Positions 29,444 through 39,771 of a DNA stretch of 64,000 bases are shown piece by piece. Positions within the stretch are counted from its first letter, which is position 1, and each line of letters starts with the position of its first letter. Location of the stretch: assembly GCA_019058365.1 (NCBI GenBank), contig JAHPZE010000023.1:1-64000 (forward strand). Reading direction: 5' to 3'. This DNA is from Promethearchaeota archaeon. Its GTDB lineage: Archaea > Asgardarchaeota > Lokiarchaeia > Sigyniarchaeales > SOKP01. The translations under genes and the position numbers were made by a program. The notes beneath the pieces were generated by a model. That model had not been told where the DNA came from and ran no database searches. It saw only the letters and a program-made list of their open reading frames with translations.

Positions 29444-29920
29444 ATGAAGGATTTGATTAAAGAAATAAGGAAGATTATAAAAAAGAATATATGGTTAGTA
29501 TTATCTACTGTTGATAAAGAAGAGCAACCCCATAGTTCTGTAGTAATGTATCAGAGTGATGGATATGATATATATTTTGAAACAGGTGAGTATACGTTAA
29601 AAGCGAGGAATATAAGAGTTAATAATAAGATTTCTGTAACTATACCATTTAGAAAGAGTTTCTTCCATAAAATTATCCCTGCGCCGCCAGCAGAACTTCA
29701 TTTTAAAGCAATAGCCGAATTTACTTCAAAAGATGATGAAAAAACCAGAAAGATTATGGAGAAAGTTTTAAAATACGAGGAAAAGGCTGGAATTGAAGAT
29801 GAAACCGTCTGGATAAAAATAGTACCTTCAGATATCATTTCAACATTTGGTGTTGGAGTTAAACTATTAGACATGAGAAATCCTGAGAAAGCAAGAAACT
29901 TAGTAAAATTAAACTTTTAG
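29444..29920 (+). CDS. Pyridoxamine 5'-phosphate oxidase-like split-barrel (FMN/F420) protein
   Basis: VLSTVDKEEQPHSSVV, KARNIRVNNKISV. Confidence 0.85.
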   Translation: MKDLIKEIRKIIKKNIWLVLSTVDKEEQPHSSVVMYQSDGYDIYFETGEYTLKARNIRVNNKISVTIPFRKSFFHKIIPAPPAELHFKAIAEFTSKDDEKTRKIMEKVLKYEEKAGIEDETVWIKIVPSDIISTFGVGVKLLDMRNPEKARNLVKLNF

Positions 29921-30091
29921 TATCAAAATCTTTTTAAATATGTAAGCGATGATTTAAATGTGGTTTAATCCCTTTATTTAATCTTTTTATATTCTAAAAC
30001 AAAATGAAAATTATATTGATGGTTGAATTACGTAAAGCATATTATTCATGATATTCTTTAATGATTTTTTTTAAGTTGAAACTAATCTGAA

Positions 30092-30775
30092 TTATTCCTT
30101 GTTTAATTCAATTTTTAGCCAAATCGGTAAATTTGCTAATGTAATCTTTTTAACAGAAAAACTATTTTCAAATAAAGAATTATTCAATAAACGTTTTAGT
30201 TCACTTATATCATATGTCATCTTAAGTTGCTTATTTAAGAAGTATGGGACTAATTTTCGATTAAATAATCCTTCCTTAGAAAGATTATTTTTTATTTGTT
30301 CTTTAAGAATTGATTCATCGTATTCTTTATGAGATTCAAATAATATAGCAGTTTTATTCGGCTTTAATATCCGATGGATCTCGTTTAGGCTTTCTACGGG
30401 ATCATTCCATAGATAAAAACTTCCAGTACAAGTTATGAGGTCAAAATAATTACTCTCATAATTAGTACTTACAATATTCCCTTGTTGTAAATTAGCTTTT
30501 ATGTTTTTAAGATTTGTTTTAGCAAGATTAATCATCTTTTCTGAAATATCAAGTCCATATAACTCAATCTTAGGATTCAACTTATTAATTTCTATTAGTA
30601 ACCTTCCATGTCCCGTTCCAATATCTAGAAACGTTCCTTCATTTATCAGAGGTAATAACAATTCTGCAATTTGACTTCTTTGAATCTTCATTGGTTCTAA
30701 TTGCATCATTTTATCATATAATTTTGCGGCAAATTTGGGCAATTTGATAAAACTTCTTTCTCCACGATTACTCAT
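30092..30775 (-). CDS. Class I SAM-dependent methyltransferase
   Basis: LDIGTGHG, GLDISEKM, FDLI, RILKP. Confidence 0.9.
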   Translation of the reverse strand: MSNRGERSFIKLPKFAAKLYDKMMQLEPMKIQRSQIAELLLPLINEGTFLDIGTGHGRLLIEINKLNPKIELYGLDISEKMINLAKTNLKNIKANLQQGNIVSTNYESNYFDLITCTGSFYLWNDPVESLNEIHRILKPNKTAILFESHKEYDESILKEQIKNNLSKEGLFNRKLVPYFLNKQLKMTYDISELKRLLNNSLFENSFSVKKITLANLPIWLKIELNKE

Positions 30776-30854
30776 AAATTAATAATAAATCAATCTTTTA
30801 ATTAAATTGTGATGAATTTTTTAAAAATTAAGAAAATAAAAACTAACTAAACCA

Positions 30855-31733
30855 GTGAAAAGATTGAAGCTAAAAGGAATAGATAAATTTCTAGAAAAAA
30901 TACCAACATTTTCAGGCAAAAAGATAATCATTCTACCGATATATTGTATTTTGGTTTTTATCCTTAGCTTAATAATTCAAATCTATTTTGATATATTCCC
31001 AACCATAATTCCTGTTGAGGGAGTATTGGGATATTTTATTATCGCTTTTCCAGTTTTGGGAGTGACTCTGATGGGGTCTATAGCTATATTTTTAGTATAT
31101 CAAATGTGGTATCATCGAGATCGTTTAAAAGCGAAGTATGGTCAACTATCATATCAAAAAATATTTCTTGCAGGATTCGGAGGTGTTGTCATTATCTTTA
31201 GTATTGTAATAAATAATTTAATTCCTTTTTATCAATGGGATCTTAATTTCTGGTCCCAGTTTCCCTTCTCAATATTTATAACTCCTTTAACATCATATCT
31301 TACTCCAATTTCTCTACTCCTTGGATATATACGTTTCTTTTTAGGAGGTTTTTTTTGCATATTGGGTGTAATAATGATGTTTCGATCCATAGAAACTTTT
31401 GGCATTGATTATATGACCGTTACTTACCTTTATTTCCCCGAAGAGAGTGAATTACAAGATCATAAAATTTACTCAGTGTTACGGCATCCAACATATAGTG
31501 GGATTATATTGCTTTGCCTTGGTGGAATGATTATTCAATTAACGCTCTATTCAATTACATTCTTTGTAATATTATATATTGGGATGTATATTCATATTCA
31601 TTTTGTGGAAGAAAAAGAATTAATTAATCGCTTTGGAGATTCATACAAGGAATATAGAAAAAAAGTCCCTGCATTTTTAGTACATATGAAAGACTGGGGT
31701 TTATTTCTTAAGTTCATTGTGGGAAGAGAATAA
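30855..31733 (+). CDS. ICMT/PEMT family membrane methyltransferase
   Basis: IYSVLRHPTY, EEKELINRFGDSYKEYRKKVP. Confidence 0.85.
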   Translation: MKRLKLKGIDKFLEKIPTFSGKKIIILPIYCILVFILSLIIQIYFDIFPTIIPVEGVLGYFIIAFPVLGVTLMGSIAIFLVYQMWYHRDRLKAKYGQLSYQKIFLAGFGGVVIIFSIVINNLIPFYQWDLNFWSQFPFSIFITPLTSYLTPISLLLGYIRFFLGGFFCILGVIMMFRSIETFGIDYMTVTYLYFPEESELQDHKIYSVLRHPTYSGIILLCLGGMIIQLTLYSITFFVILYIGMYIHIHFVEEKELINRFGDSYKEYRKKVPAFLVHMKDWGLFLKFIVGRE

Positions 31734-31873
31734 ATTGTTGAATTTCAGTATTTTCTATGAATTCTATTAAACATAAAAATTAAATTAGTACGTTATTTCC
31801 AAAATTAAAAATGAAATCATAAATATTAATAATTTAAATTAAAAAAGATCAGCATTGTAGTAAAAATCGATAT

Positions 31874-32308
31874 ATGAAAGCTTCTAAAGATCATCCTAAT
31901 ATTAAGAATAATAGGTTTTTATTTGCAGCATCAATTTCAATGCTAATCTATTCTATTCTTGAAATATTAGATAGCATTGTAATTTTTCTAATCGTATTAA
32001 ATCTGATTCCCAATATTGCATTAATCTTTCAATTTTATGTTCCTCTTATTCAACAGCTTTTAGAAGCTCAACCCTTATCTTTAGCACCCATTTTCTGGGC
32101 ATTCACTTTAATGCGAGTTATTTCTACAATAGGACTTTTAAAGAATTTATTATGGGGTTTTTGGATTAGTTTTGTAAGTTTAATCATTACAATGATACTT
32201 GCAATTGCGTTCTTACCTTTTGGTGCATTTGAACTTCTGGCGTGTAGTGTGATTCTCATTCTATTAATTATTGGATTTTGTGATAATAAACCAATAATAA
32301 CGAATTGA
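31874..32308 (+). CDS. Hypothetical 4-TM protein (paralog of 28922-29380)
   Basis: IYSILEILD, FTLMRVISTIGLLKNLLWGF, PFGAFE. Confidence 0.75.
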   Translation: MKASKDHPNIKNNRFLFAASISMLIYSILEILDSIVIFLIVLNLIPNIALIFQFYVPLIQQLLEAQPLSLAPIFWAFTLMRVISTIGLLKNLLWGFWISFVSLIITMILAIAFLPFGAFELLACSVILILLIIGFCDNKPIITN

Positions 32309-32841
32309 TAAAAATGAAAACTTCTACACCAAACTTTGAGTTTATAGAAAGCGAAATTAGAAAAAAAACATTCGGAGTATTGAGCACGATTGATCAAAAC
32401 GGGTACTCTCATTCAACAGGAATAATATATGGTGTATCATCACCTGAATCAAAATTTTCACTATATATATTAACTGAAAATAGTTATAAAAAGGTAAAAA
32501 ATATAAAAAACAATAATTCAATTTCTTTTGTAATTCCTTTCCCTCACCATCTGCTCAGATTTGTTCCTTCTTCTTGTGTCCAATTTCAAGGGACTGGGAA
32601 AATTATACCCTTTACAAACACAGAAGCTCAACATGCATTCCAAAATAGTTCCAAAATTCTAAAATTGAATCTACAACAAGCAAATCAATTAAATTCTAAA
32701 GAACAAAAATCAGTGTTCATTAAAATAACACCCAATAGCAAATTGTTCTGTTATGGATTAGGGTATAGCTTAATGAAACTTCGTAAAAATGTTGAGATTG
32801 GAAGCTATTCTGTAATTATTCCATCAGAGAGATTAAATTGA
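32305..32841 (+). CDS. Pyridoxamine 5'-phosphate oxidase-like split-barrel protein
   Basis: FGVLSTIDQNGYSHSTG, KVKNIKNNNSISF. Overlaps or abuts the upstream stop codon. Confidence 0.85.
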   Translation: MIKMKTSTPNFEFIESEIRKKTFGVLSTIDQNGYSHSTGIIYGVSSPESKFSLYILTENSYKKVKNIKNNNSISFVIPFPHHLLRFVPSSCVQFQGTGKIIPFTNTEAQHAFQNSSKILKLNLQQANQLNSKEQKSVFIKITPNSKLFCYGLGYSLMKLRKNVEIGSYSVIIPSERLN

Positions 32842-33099
32842 AAATTCAATCTTTGCAAGAAATAAACCATACATTTAAAAATCAAATTTTTTGATTAAGC
32901 AATAATAATTAAATTTATTTGTGATTAATTTAAGCATTCAAGATTCTAATCAGGTTAAACAAGAAAAAGATTATATCTGCTTAGGAAATTATTCAAAAAT
33001 ATTATTTTTGAATTCCTTATATTATAAAGATTAAATTATATACACTAAAATTGAAAATTAATTTTAATAAATAAAATTCTTGAGAGGAAGGGTTTATTC

Positions 33100-34305
33100 A
33101 TGATTGAAACAAACATTTTTTTATTTTTAAGTATTGTATTCTTACTTATTTTCGTTATTGGAAAATTAATAGAAAAGATTCATATCCCATGGATTTTTTC
33201 TTCATTGCTTTTAGGATTTTGTCTTGCTATTTATAATCCTTTTACTGATATAACTAGCTCCTCTACTTTTGATTTCCTCGCTCAGATGGGTATGTATCTT
33301 TTACTTTTCATTATTGGTTTTGAAATAGATCTAAAGGAAATGAAAAAGCAAGGCAAATTTATTATTAAAACAACGACATTGACTATCTTCTTAGCAACAT
33401 TTTTAGGAACTCTTATTATATGTTTTCTTTTTAGCTATAATATTTTTATCTCGATTATTGTAAGCTTATCCTTTGCGACAGTAGGAGAAGAGATTTTAAT
33501 TCCTATATTAGATGAATTTAAATTAACAAATGAGCCTTTAGGACAAACAATAATTGGTGTGGGCACCTTAGATGATATTTTTGAAATTTTCACTTTAATC
33601 TTAGTTATTTTATTTGTAGGGTCAAGTGCTCAAAATGTGGTTGATGTGGTAATAATCCTTGTTGCTCTTTCTGTGTTATTTATTTTAACTATAGGATTCC
33701 TTAAAATTGGGAAAAAAGGGAGTAAATTTAAACATACAGGGGTAGAATCGCTTTTTGTTTTTATAGTATTTGTCTTATTCTTATTTATCGGGGTAGGGCT
33801 TTATGCTGAGGCTGCGCCCCTTGCTGCATTGTTTGCGGGAATTGGTTTAAAAACATTTATTCCACCAGAAAGACTAAAATTTATAGAATCGGAAATTAAA
33901 ACAGTATGTTATGGTCTTTTTGCTCCTTTATTTTTCTTATGGGTTGGCGCATCGATGAATCTGAGTTATATCTTAATGTTTCCAATATTTATCGTTTTAA
34001 TTGTGATAGTCGGGTTCACAGCGAAATTATTGGGAAGTTATTTGGGAGGAAGAAAGACTCTTGGTAAAAAAGATTCTCTTCTATTAGGAATCGGAATATC
34101 CGTAAAATTCAGCACGGGAATTGTCGTTATGACTATTTTATTAAGCAGCGGACTAATCGATTCTGGACTTTATTCTGTTATAATAGCGTCTAGTATTATC
34201 TTTACTTTTGTTATCCCTATAGTATTCGCCAGATTATTAACAAAAAGAAAATCTTCCACTGGCACAGAAAGAACTGAAAACGATGACCCGAATTCTAAAT
34301 TATAA
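33100..34305 (+). CDS. Cation:proton antiporter (CPA2, NapA/KefB-like)
   Basis: LLFIIGFEIDL, GTLDDI, FAPLFFLWVG, AKLLG, about 12 TM helices. Confidence 0.9.
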   Translation: MIETNIFLFLSIVFLLIFVIGKLIEKIHIPWIFSSLLLGFCLAIYNPFTDITSSSTFDFLAQMGMYLLLFIIGFEIDLKEMKKQGKFIIKTTTLTIFLATFLGTLIICFLFSYNIFISIIVSLSFATVGEEILIPILDEFKLTNEPLGQTIIGVGTLDDIFEIFTLILVILFVGSSAQNVVDVVIILVALSVLFILTIGFLKIGKKGSKFKHTGVESLFVFIVFVLFLFIGVGLYAEAAPLAALFAGIGLKTFIPPERLKFIESEIKTVCYGLFAPLFFLWVGASMNLSYILMFPIFIVLIVIVGFTAKLLGSYLGGRKTLGKKDSLLLGIGISVKFSTGIVVMTILLSSGLIDSGLYSVIIASSIIFTFVIPIVFARLLTKRKSSTGTERTENDDPNSKL

Positions 34306-34335
34306 CTTTGTTTAAAAAATTGAAAATTATTTATA

Positions 34336-34869
34336 TTACGTTTTTTTTAAATGAATAATACATAAGAGATCTACTAATTTTGAAAAATCGATAACTTCTA
34401 GATTATCTTTTTTTGGGTCCCAACCAAACAGCATTTTTGCTGCCTTTCCATAATTCGTTATATACCATTTCATAATTGTAATTTTTTGATTAATATCAGA
34501 AACGAATTCGATTTGAGGTTTAAAACGGTGAAATCCATACATTACTGAAACATCGTTTACATTTGCCCGCAAATTTTTAACCCAAGTCGCATCTTCCCCT
34601 CTTCCGGCAAAAATAGTAATATTTCCTTCGTATCGTCTATATTCTAAAGGAGTTCTTCTCATTTTTCCCGTTTTCCATCCTTTAGTTTTTAAAATTAAAA
34701 AGATTTTTCCAAATCCTAATAAAGGTAGTATTTTTGCTCTGTACAATGGAACCATTAGATATTTGTTTAATTTTTTCCATTTTTTTAAGGTCTTTTTCTT
34801 AGATGCTTCATCTTGATAATTAAAGTTAAACATTACCGATCCAGGGCGTGGTAATTCTTCATTATTCAT
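34336..34869 (-). CDS. Deazaflavin-dependent nitroreductase (Ddn/F420H2-dependent) family protein
   Basis: LILKTKGWKTGKMRRTPL and WVKNLRAN motifs. Confidence 0.82.
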   Translation of the reverse strand: MNNEELPRPGSVMFNFNYQDEASKKKTLKKWKKLNKYLMVPLYRAKILPLLGFGKIFLILKTKGWKTGKMRRTPLEYRRYEGNITIFAGRGEDATWVKNLRANVNDVSVMYGFHRFKPQIEFVSDINQKITIMKWYITNYGKAAKMLFGWDPKKDNLEVIDFSKLVDLLCIIHLKKT

Positions 34870-34954
34870 TTTAATCTCACTTGATTTAGATATTACTATT
34901 TATGAATTTTAAACGATTTTTTTCTTTTAAATTTACTTTAACCTATAGATCATT

Positions 34955-36046
34955 TTAATTTATTTCAAGGCATTGAGCCAAACATCTTTTAACACAAGCA
35001 TTACAATTTATACATTTTTCAGGATTTCTTAAATCAACTTTTTTATCATTTTCATCAAATAAATATAAGTTTCTAGGACATACTTCAATACATACTTTGC
35101 ATCCAATACATTTATCTCTCTTGATAATAATTTGACCATACGGTTGTAATTTATATTCACCAAACAAAAATTTCATTTTCTTATCACCTTTCTTCCAAGT
35201 CTTTGCACCTAATTCACTTTTATAAATTGGAGTTAATCCGTGAAAATCTTCTGCCATAATCAATGTAATTAAAAGAGAAAAGATTATATTCCAAATTAGA
35301 TAAAGAAGATTAAATATGATAAATAGATTAAATAGAACTATTATAAGAAGAATTATCCCCTCATAAATCCATACTTTTGTTTTTCCTGTTTCCGTAGGAA
35401 TGCTTGGCAAAATCAGCATTGTACCGTAAATTATAATCACAAAAATTAAAATAGTATCTAAATATAGTAAAAGATTTAAAATTGGTAAAAAAAAAGCAGA
35501 AATCCAATAGATAGTTGAGACTAAAACACTTAAAATAAAGAAATATAATGTAGCCATTTCTATTCTGTGAGAGAAAGGAAATCTTACTATTCTCTGTGCC
35601 TCTGATTTACAGAATTTTTGTTCTATAAAAGAAGGGATATCTTTAGCATATACAGGCCCAAATATTATGTTCCATCCGGTCTTTTTTTTAATGATGATGG
35701 GATCTATTCCAGGAGCACTTAATTGAGGTAAAATTAAGGTTCTATGAGACACAAGATCATCAATTCCACTGGTTTTTAAAATTGACAAGACAGAATCTGT
35801 TCGAAAATCATCTCCACACGCTCCACACCATACATTTATTCCTTTAGAAGGAGCAATTAATAAATAACAATCGAGATTTTTTATTGCCTTTAAAACTCGT
35901 TTTACAGTTAAAATGAAATTACATGTAAGTAAAACGGGACTTTCACTTGTAGGATTTCCGATTTTTATAAGGGTTGGTTCTATTGGGAAACCAGTCCATC
36001 TAAAGAAATAACTTATACCTAATTTTATTGAATTTTTTACGCTCAT
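34955..36046 (-). CDS. HgcAB-like fusion: CdhD/AcsC-type corrinoid domain, TM region and 2x[4Fe-4S] ferredoxin
   Basis: GNPTSESPVLLTCNFILT, GINVWCGACG (HgcA cap-helix variant), HRTLILPQLSAPG, FGPVYAKDI, about 4 TM helices, DFHGLTP, CIGCKVCIEVCP and CINCNACVKRC. Confidence 0.88.
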   Translation of the reverse strand: MSVKNSIKLGISYFFRWTGFPIEPTLIKIGNPTSESPVLLTCNFILTVKRVLKAIKNLDCYLLIAPSKGINVWCGACGDDFRTDSVLSILKTSGIDDLVSHRTLILPQLSAPGIDPIIIKKKTGWNIIFGPVYAKDIPSFIEQKFCKSEAQRIVRFPFSHRIEMATLYFFILSVLVSTIYWISAFFLPILNLLLYLDTILIFVIIIYGTMLILPSIPTETGKTKVWIYEGIILLIIVLFNLFIIFNLLYLIWNIIFSLLITLIMAEDFHGLTPIYKSELGAKTWKKGDKKMKFLFGEYKLQPYGQIIIKRDKCIGCKVCIEVCPRNLYLFDENDKKVDLRNPEKCINCNACVKRCLAQCLEIN

Positions 36047-36075
36047 TTTTCTCTTACCGGATATTATTTGTATTT

Positions 36076-36735
36076 TTAGGTCATTTTTTTCAACCTAAAT
36101 AACTTTAAAGTATCTAATAAATAATACTTTTCTTCAATTAACGAAAAGTTATGATTTTCAAGTCTTTTTTCTATATTTTTTAAATATTTAGTAGTCAATT
36201 GTGACTTAAAATATGTAATAATTACTATAGGAATTCTAACAAAAAAATACACAATTTTCTTCCAAATTTTCTTAGGTTTAACCTCATCAACTAAAATAAA
36301 TTCTCCATCATCCTTTAATATTTTATTGATTTGTTTCAAGCAAAAATCTTGCTCCTCTTGATAAAATTCGCTAAATGATAAAATCGCTGTTATTTTATCA
36401 AAAGATTTATCAGAAAAGTGTTCATCTAATTCAATAACCGGCATTTTAATAATATGAATATTCTCGGTTAATTCTTCCTGTTTAATATTTTTTCTTGCTA
36501 CTTCAAGCATTTTTTCCGAATAGTCAATACCAGTAACAATTGCTCCTTTATTAGCACATAGAATGGCGAATGTTCCCGTACCCATGCCAATATCTAAAAC
36601 ATGCTCATTTTTATGCACTAAATTGTCTGATATATATATTTTAATTTTTGGAATGCGTCCCAATGTTAAATAATTTATTCCTTTATCGTATTTTTCTGCT
36701 TTCTTTTCCAATGCTTTCATATAAACATACGACAT
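36076..36735 (-). CDS. Class I SAM methyltransferase associated with a corrinoid protein (CpaM-like)
   Basis: MSYVYMK..E..KYDKGI..L..G N-terminus, LDIGMGTG, GIDYS, LSFSE, ends 29 nt upstream of the HgcAB-like gene. Confidence 0.8.
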   Translation of the reverse strand: MSYVYMKALEKKAEKYDKGINYLTLGRIPKIKIYISDNLVHKNEHVLDIGMGTGTFAILCANKGAIVTGIDYSEKMLEVARKNIKQEELTENIHIIKMPVIELDEHFSDKSFDKITAILSFSEFYQEEQDFCLKQINKILKDDGEFILVDEVKPKKIWKKIVYFFVRIPIVIITYFKSQLTTKYLKNIEKRLENHNFSLIEEKYYLLDTLKLFRLKKMT

Positions 36736-36806
36736 TTATTAAAATACCGCTTTTGGAACTAAGGATTTATTGATAATTCAATCTTTAACATAATCTTCTT
36801 TTAATT

Positions 36807-37655
36807 TTATTCATGTGGTAGCACGATAATTAACGTCATTATAAGGATGACACCACATAAAAATACCAATGTTTGAATAATTGATCTCTTTAAGTTTTTT
36901 TCTTTTAACAGTTCAGGCATGAGTTCTGTGCTTGCTAAGTATAAAAACCCACCACCAGAAAACGCTAAAAAGAAGAAATTAAATAAATTTACTTGAGCTG
37001 ACACGAAAAAAGCTAATAACCCTCCAAGTAATGCCACCAAGGCACTGGCAAAGTTAAATAAAAGAGCTCTCTTTTTTGTAAATCCTCCATATAAAAGGAT
37101 TCCGAAATCTCCAATTTCCTGTGGTAATTCATGGAATAAAACCGCAAGAGTGACAATAATACCATTCTCAATTCCACTTAAGAATGAGACCATTATAATA
37201 ATACCATCTAAAAAATTGTGTAAACCATCACCAATTAAATTTAAAAGTGCGAAATTTTTAATCTTTTTACCTTTATCTACAATATTATCTATACCTTCTG
37301 TAAGAGTATCGTAACAGACTAATTGGTCATCCTTTTCATGAGCATGACCATGGAACCAATAAATAAAACGTTCAAGTACAAAGAATATTACAAACCCTAG
37401 CATTACTATTGCGAATAGAAGACTTTCAACAATACCTGCCCCTCCTGCATTTAATTCTTCAAGATGGTGGAGGGATTCAGGAATTAGATCAAATAGTGCT
37501 GTAGCTAAAATTGTACCTGTCGCAAATGCCACAAGAATAAACAATAACTTATCTAAAGTCTTTTCTTTAAGGGAAATCATAAATACACCAATTAAACTCA
37601 AAAGACTGATGGCAAAAATCATAATAAAACCTAATAATGCTTCCACCTTAATCAA
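36807..37655 (-). CDS. ZIP family metal transporter
   Basis: AFATG, HGHAHE loop, GDGLHNFLDG, HELPQEIGDFG. Confidence 0.93.
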   Translation of the reverse strand: MIKVEALLGFIMIFAISLLSLIGVFMISLKEKTLDKLLFILVAFATGTILATALFDLIPESLHHLEELNAGGAGIVESLLFAIVMLGFVIFFVLERFIYWFHGHAHEKDDQLVCYDTLTEGIDNIVDKGKKIKNFALLNLIGDGLHNFLDGIIIMVSFLSGIENGIIVTLAVLFHELPQEIGDFGILLYGGFTKKRALLFNFASALVALLGGLLAFFVSAQVNLFNFFFLAFSGGGFLYLASTELMPELLKEKNLKRSIIQTLVFLCGVILIMTLIIVLPHE

Positions 37656-37793
37656 GACTCTTTACTTTTTATTTTTTTAATACAATATCATAGAAAAGGA
37701 AGAAATAAAAATATTACTAGTAAAAATAAAAATCATTTAACCAAATTTTATTAATATCTGTTTATGTTAAGAGGATAGAGTTTATTTGAATAT

Positions 37794-38099
37794 TTGAGTA
37801 GTAATTTTATCAAAATGTATTGTCAAAGTTGTGGTTCTGAAATCGGCCAGGATTATATAATATGTCCCTATTGTGGGCAAATAAATAGTAATTCTGATAC
37901 TATAAGTGAAAAGGAGGACATTGAGATCCAAGAATTGGAACAAAAAGTGGCTAATATAGAGCAAATTATTAAAGAAGAACCAAGATCAATTATTAAAAAG
38001 GCGAGATTAAGTCAATTTCAGCCATGGATTTTCATTTTTCCTATCATTTTTATGGTATTATTTTTCGTGCTTTTTATGATATTAGTAAGTATTAGATAG
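37794..38099 (+). CDS. Zinc-ribbon protein with a C-terminal TM helix
   Basis: YCQSCG...ICPYCG, coiled coil, hydrophobic C-terminus. Confidence 0.7.
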   Translation: MSSNFIKMYCQSCGSEIGQDYIICPYCGQINSNSDTISEKEDIEIQELEQKVANIEQIIKEEPRSIIKKARLSQFQPWIFIFPIIFMVLFFVLFMILVSIR

Positions 38100-38463
38100 A
38101 GATAATTGAATCTCAATCGTTATGTACGGTAGGTATTATTAGGGCTTATATTAACTAATAGATGCTGCGTTTTCAATATTCATAATTTTACTCAATCTGA
38201 GTTTATTCTAATAATCCAGCTTATTTATAATTAAATTTTCTTACATTTTTAATATTTAATTTAAAGAATTATAAGAATAGAATTTAAGCTTAAATTATTT
38301 AAGTAATTTATATTTCAAATAAGTTTTTTTTAATCCGTATTAGTTTTGAAATTCCTTTTTAAGATATTCAAATATTTTTTAATCTCTACATTTTAATTTT
38401 AAAAATTAGATATTAATGTGAAGTTGATATTAAATAATTACTTACTAAAAGGATTATAAAATT

Positions 38464-39717
38464 ATGAAATATATTATTATTGGGGGAGGACCTGCCGGAG
38501 CTACAGCTGCATTAGAAATAAGGAAACATGATGCAAAAGGAGATATTATCATTATATCTGATGAGAATTATCAATTCTATAAGAGAAGTAAAATAATTAA
38601 TCTAATTTCAGCCAGTTGTTCTGAGGATGATCTTTTTTTAAAGGGAAAAAAAGTATATGATGAAAATAAGATTAGATTTATAAATGATCGTATTGAAAGA
38701 GTTATTCCAGAAAAGCAACAAATATTATTAAAAAGTGGAGATGAATTTTATTATGATTATCTTTTAATAGCTTCTGGAGGAAGTCCAGTTTTATTACCAT
38801 GGAAAGGTGTCGAACTTGAAGGGATATATACTTTATATAATCTTGATAATGCAAAAAAAATTGCGAAGCACGTTTGTAGTGCTAAACGAGCGGTTATAAT
38901 AGGAGGAGGAGCTATTGCAATGAAGGTTATTCAAAACTTTAAAAAAATTGGACTAGATATTTCGATTATTGAAAAATCTTCTCATTTATGGCCGATTGGG
39001 TTTGATAGGAAAATTGCGCGGATTGTGGAAAAGAAGATTACAGAAAATGGAATTCGTATTTATTTGGACGAAGAAGTTATTGAATTTAAAGGAGAAAATG
39101 GAAAACTATCCTCTGTAATATTAAAAAGTGGCCGAGAAATTCATACTGATTTAGCTGTTATTACTATTGGTATGAAGCCTAACATCGACTTTCTTATTAA
39201 TAGTGGCGTTAATGTAGAAAAAGGAATAATAGTAGATTCATATATGCGGACAAATATCCCTAGTATTTATGCTGCTGGAGATGTTGCCCAGATCTATGAT
39301 CCTCTTTATAATATGCCAATTCTTCATCCTACATGGGGAAATGCTAAAAAACAGGGAAAAATAGCAGCAAGAAATATGATAGGAGATAGCATAAAATATG
39401 AAGGAACAGTTCCAATTCAAACAATTAAAATTTTCGGATTTACAGCCATTGCTGTAGGTATTACTCATTCAAAGAAAAATTTTGATGAAATATCTTGGAT
39501 TTCATTTGAAAAAGGTTTATGCCGGAAATTTATATTTGAAAATAATCAACTATTAGGGGCATTGATTTTAGGAAAACAGGTCAATAAAAAAATTGTAAAA
39601 CCTATCTTAAAAAAAGCTATCTTTGAAAAAGCGCATATAAATGATTACAAGCATCTCCTATTACTGGAAGATAATGAATTTAATAATATATTTAGGAGAA
39701 TAGAAATCAAAGCTTAA
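38464..39717 (+). CDS. FAD/NAD(P)-dependent oxidoreductase (NADH oxidase/rubredoxin reductase-like)
   Basis: IGGGPAG, YDYLLIASG, IIGGGAI, IYAAGDVA. Confidence 0.88.
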   Translation: MKYIIIGGGPAGATAALEIRKHDAKGDIIIISDENYQFYKRSKIINLISASCSEDDLFLKGKKVYDENKIRFINDRIERVIPEKQQILLKSGDEFYYDYLLIASGGSPVLLPWKGVELEGIYTLYNLDNAKKIAKHVCSAKRAVIIGGGAIAMKVIQNFKKIGLDISIIEKSSHLWPIGFDRKIARIVEKKITENGIRIYLDEEVIEFKGENGKLSSVILKSGREIHTDLAVITIGMKPNIDFLINSGVNVEKGIIVDSYMRTNIPSIYAAGDVAQIYDPLYNMPILHPTWGNAKKQGKIAARNMIGDSIKYEGTVPIQTIKIFGFTAIAVGITHSKKNFDEISWISFEKGLCRKFIFENNQLLGALILGKQVNKKIVKPILKKAIFEKAHINDYKHLLLLEDNEFNNIFRRIEIKA

Positions 39718-39771
39718 AATAGTAGGAGTTAATTCAATTTAATGATTGAGAGTAATGAGTAAGTTATATGA

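Noticed and set aside
34955-36046. Calling this a true mercury methylase (hgcA/hgcB)
   Set aside because: The cap helix is NVWCGACG rather than NVWCAAGK, the protein is a fusion, and it lacks the HgcB C(M/I)ECGA motif and terminal Cys pair. Reported as HgcAB-like only.
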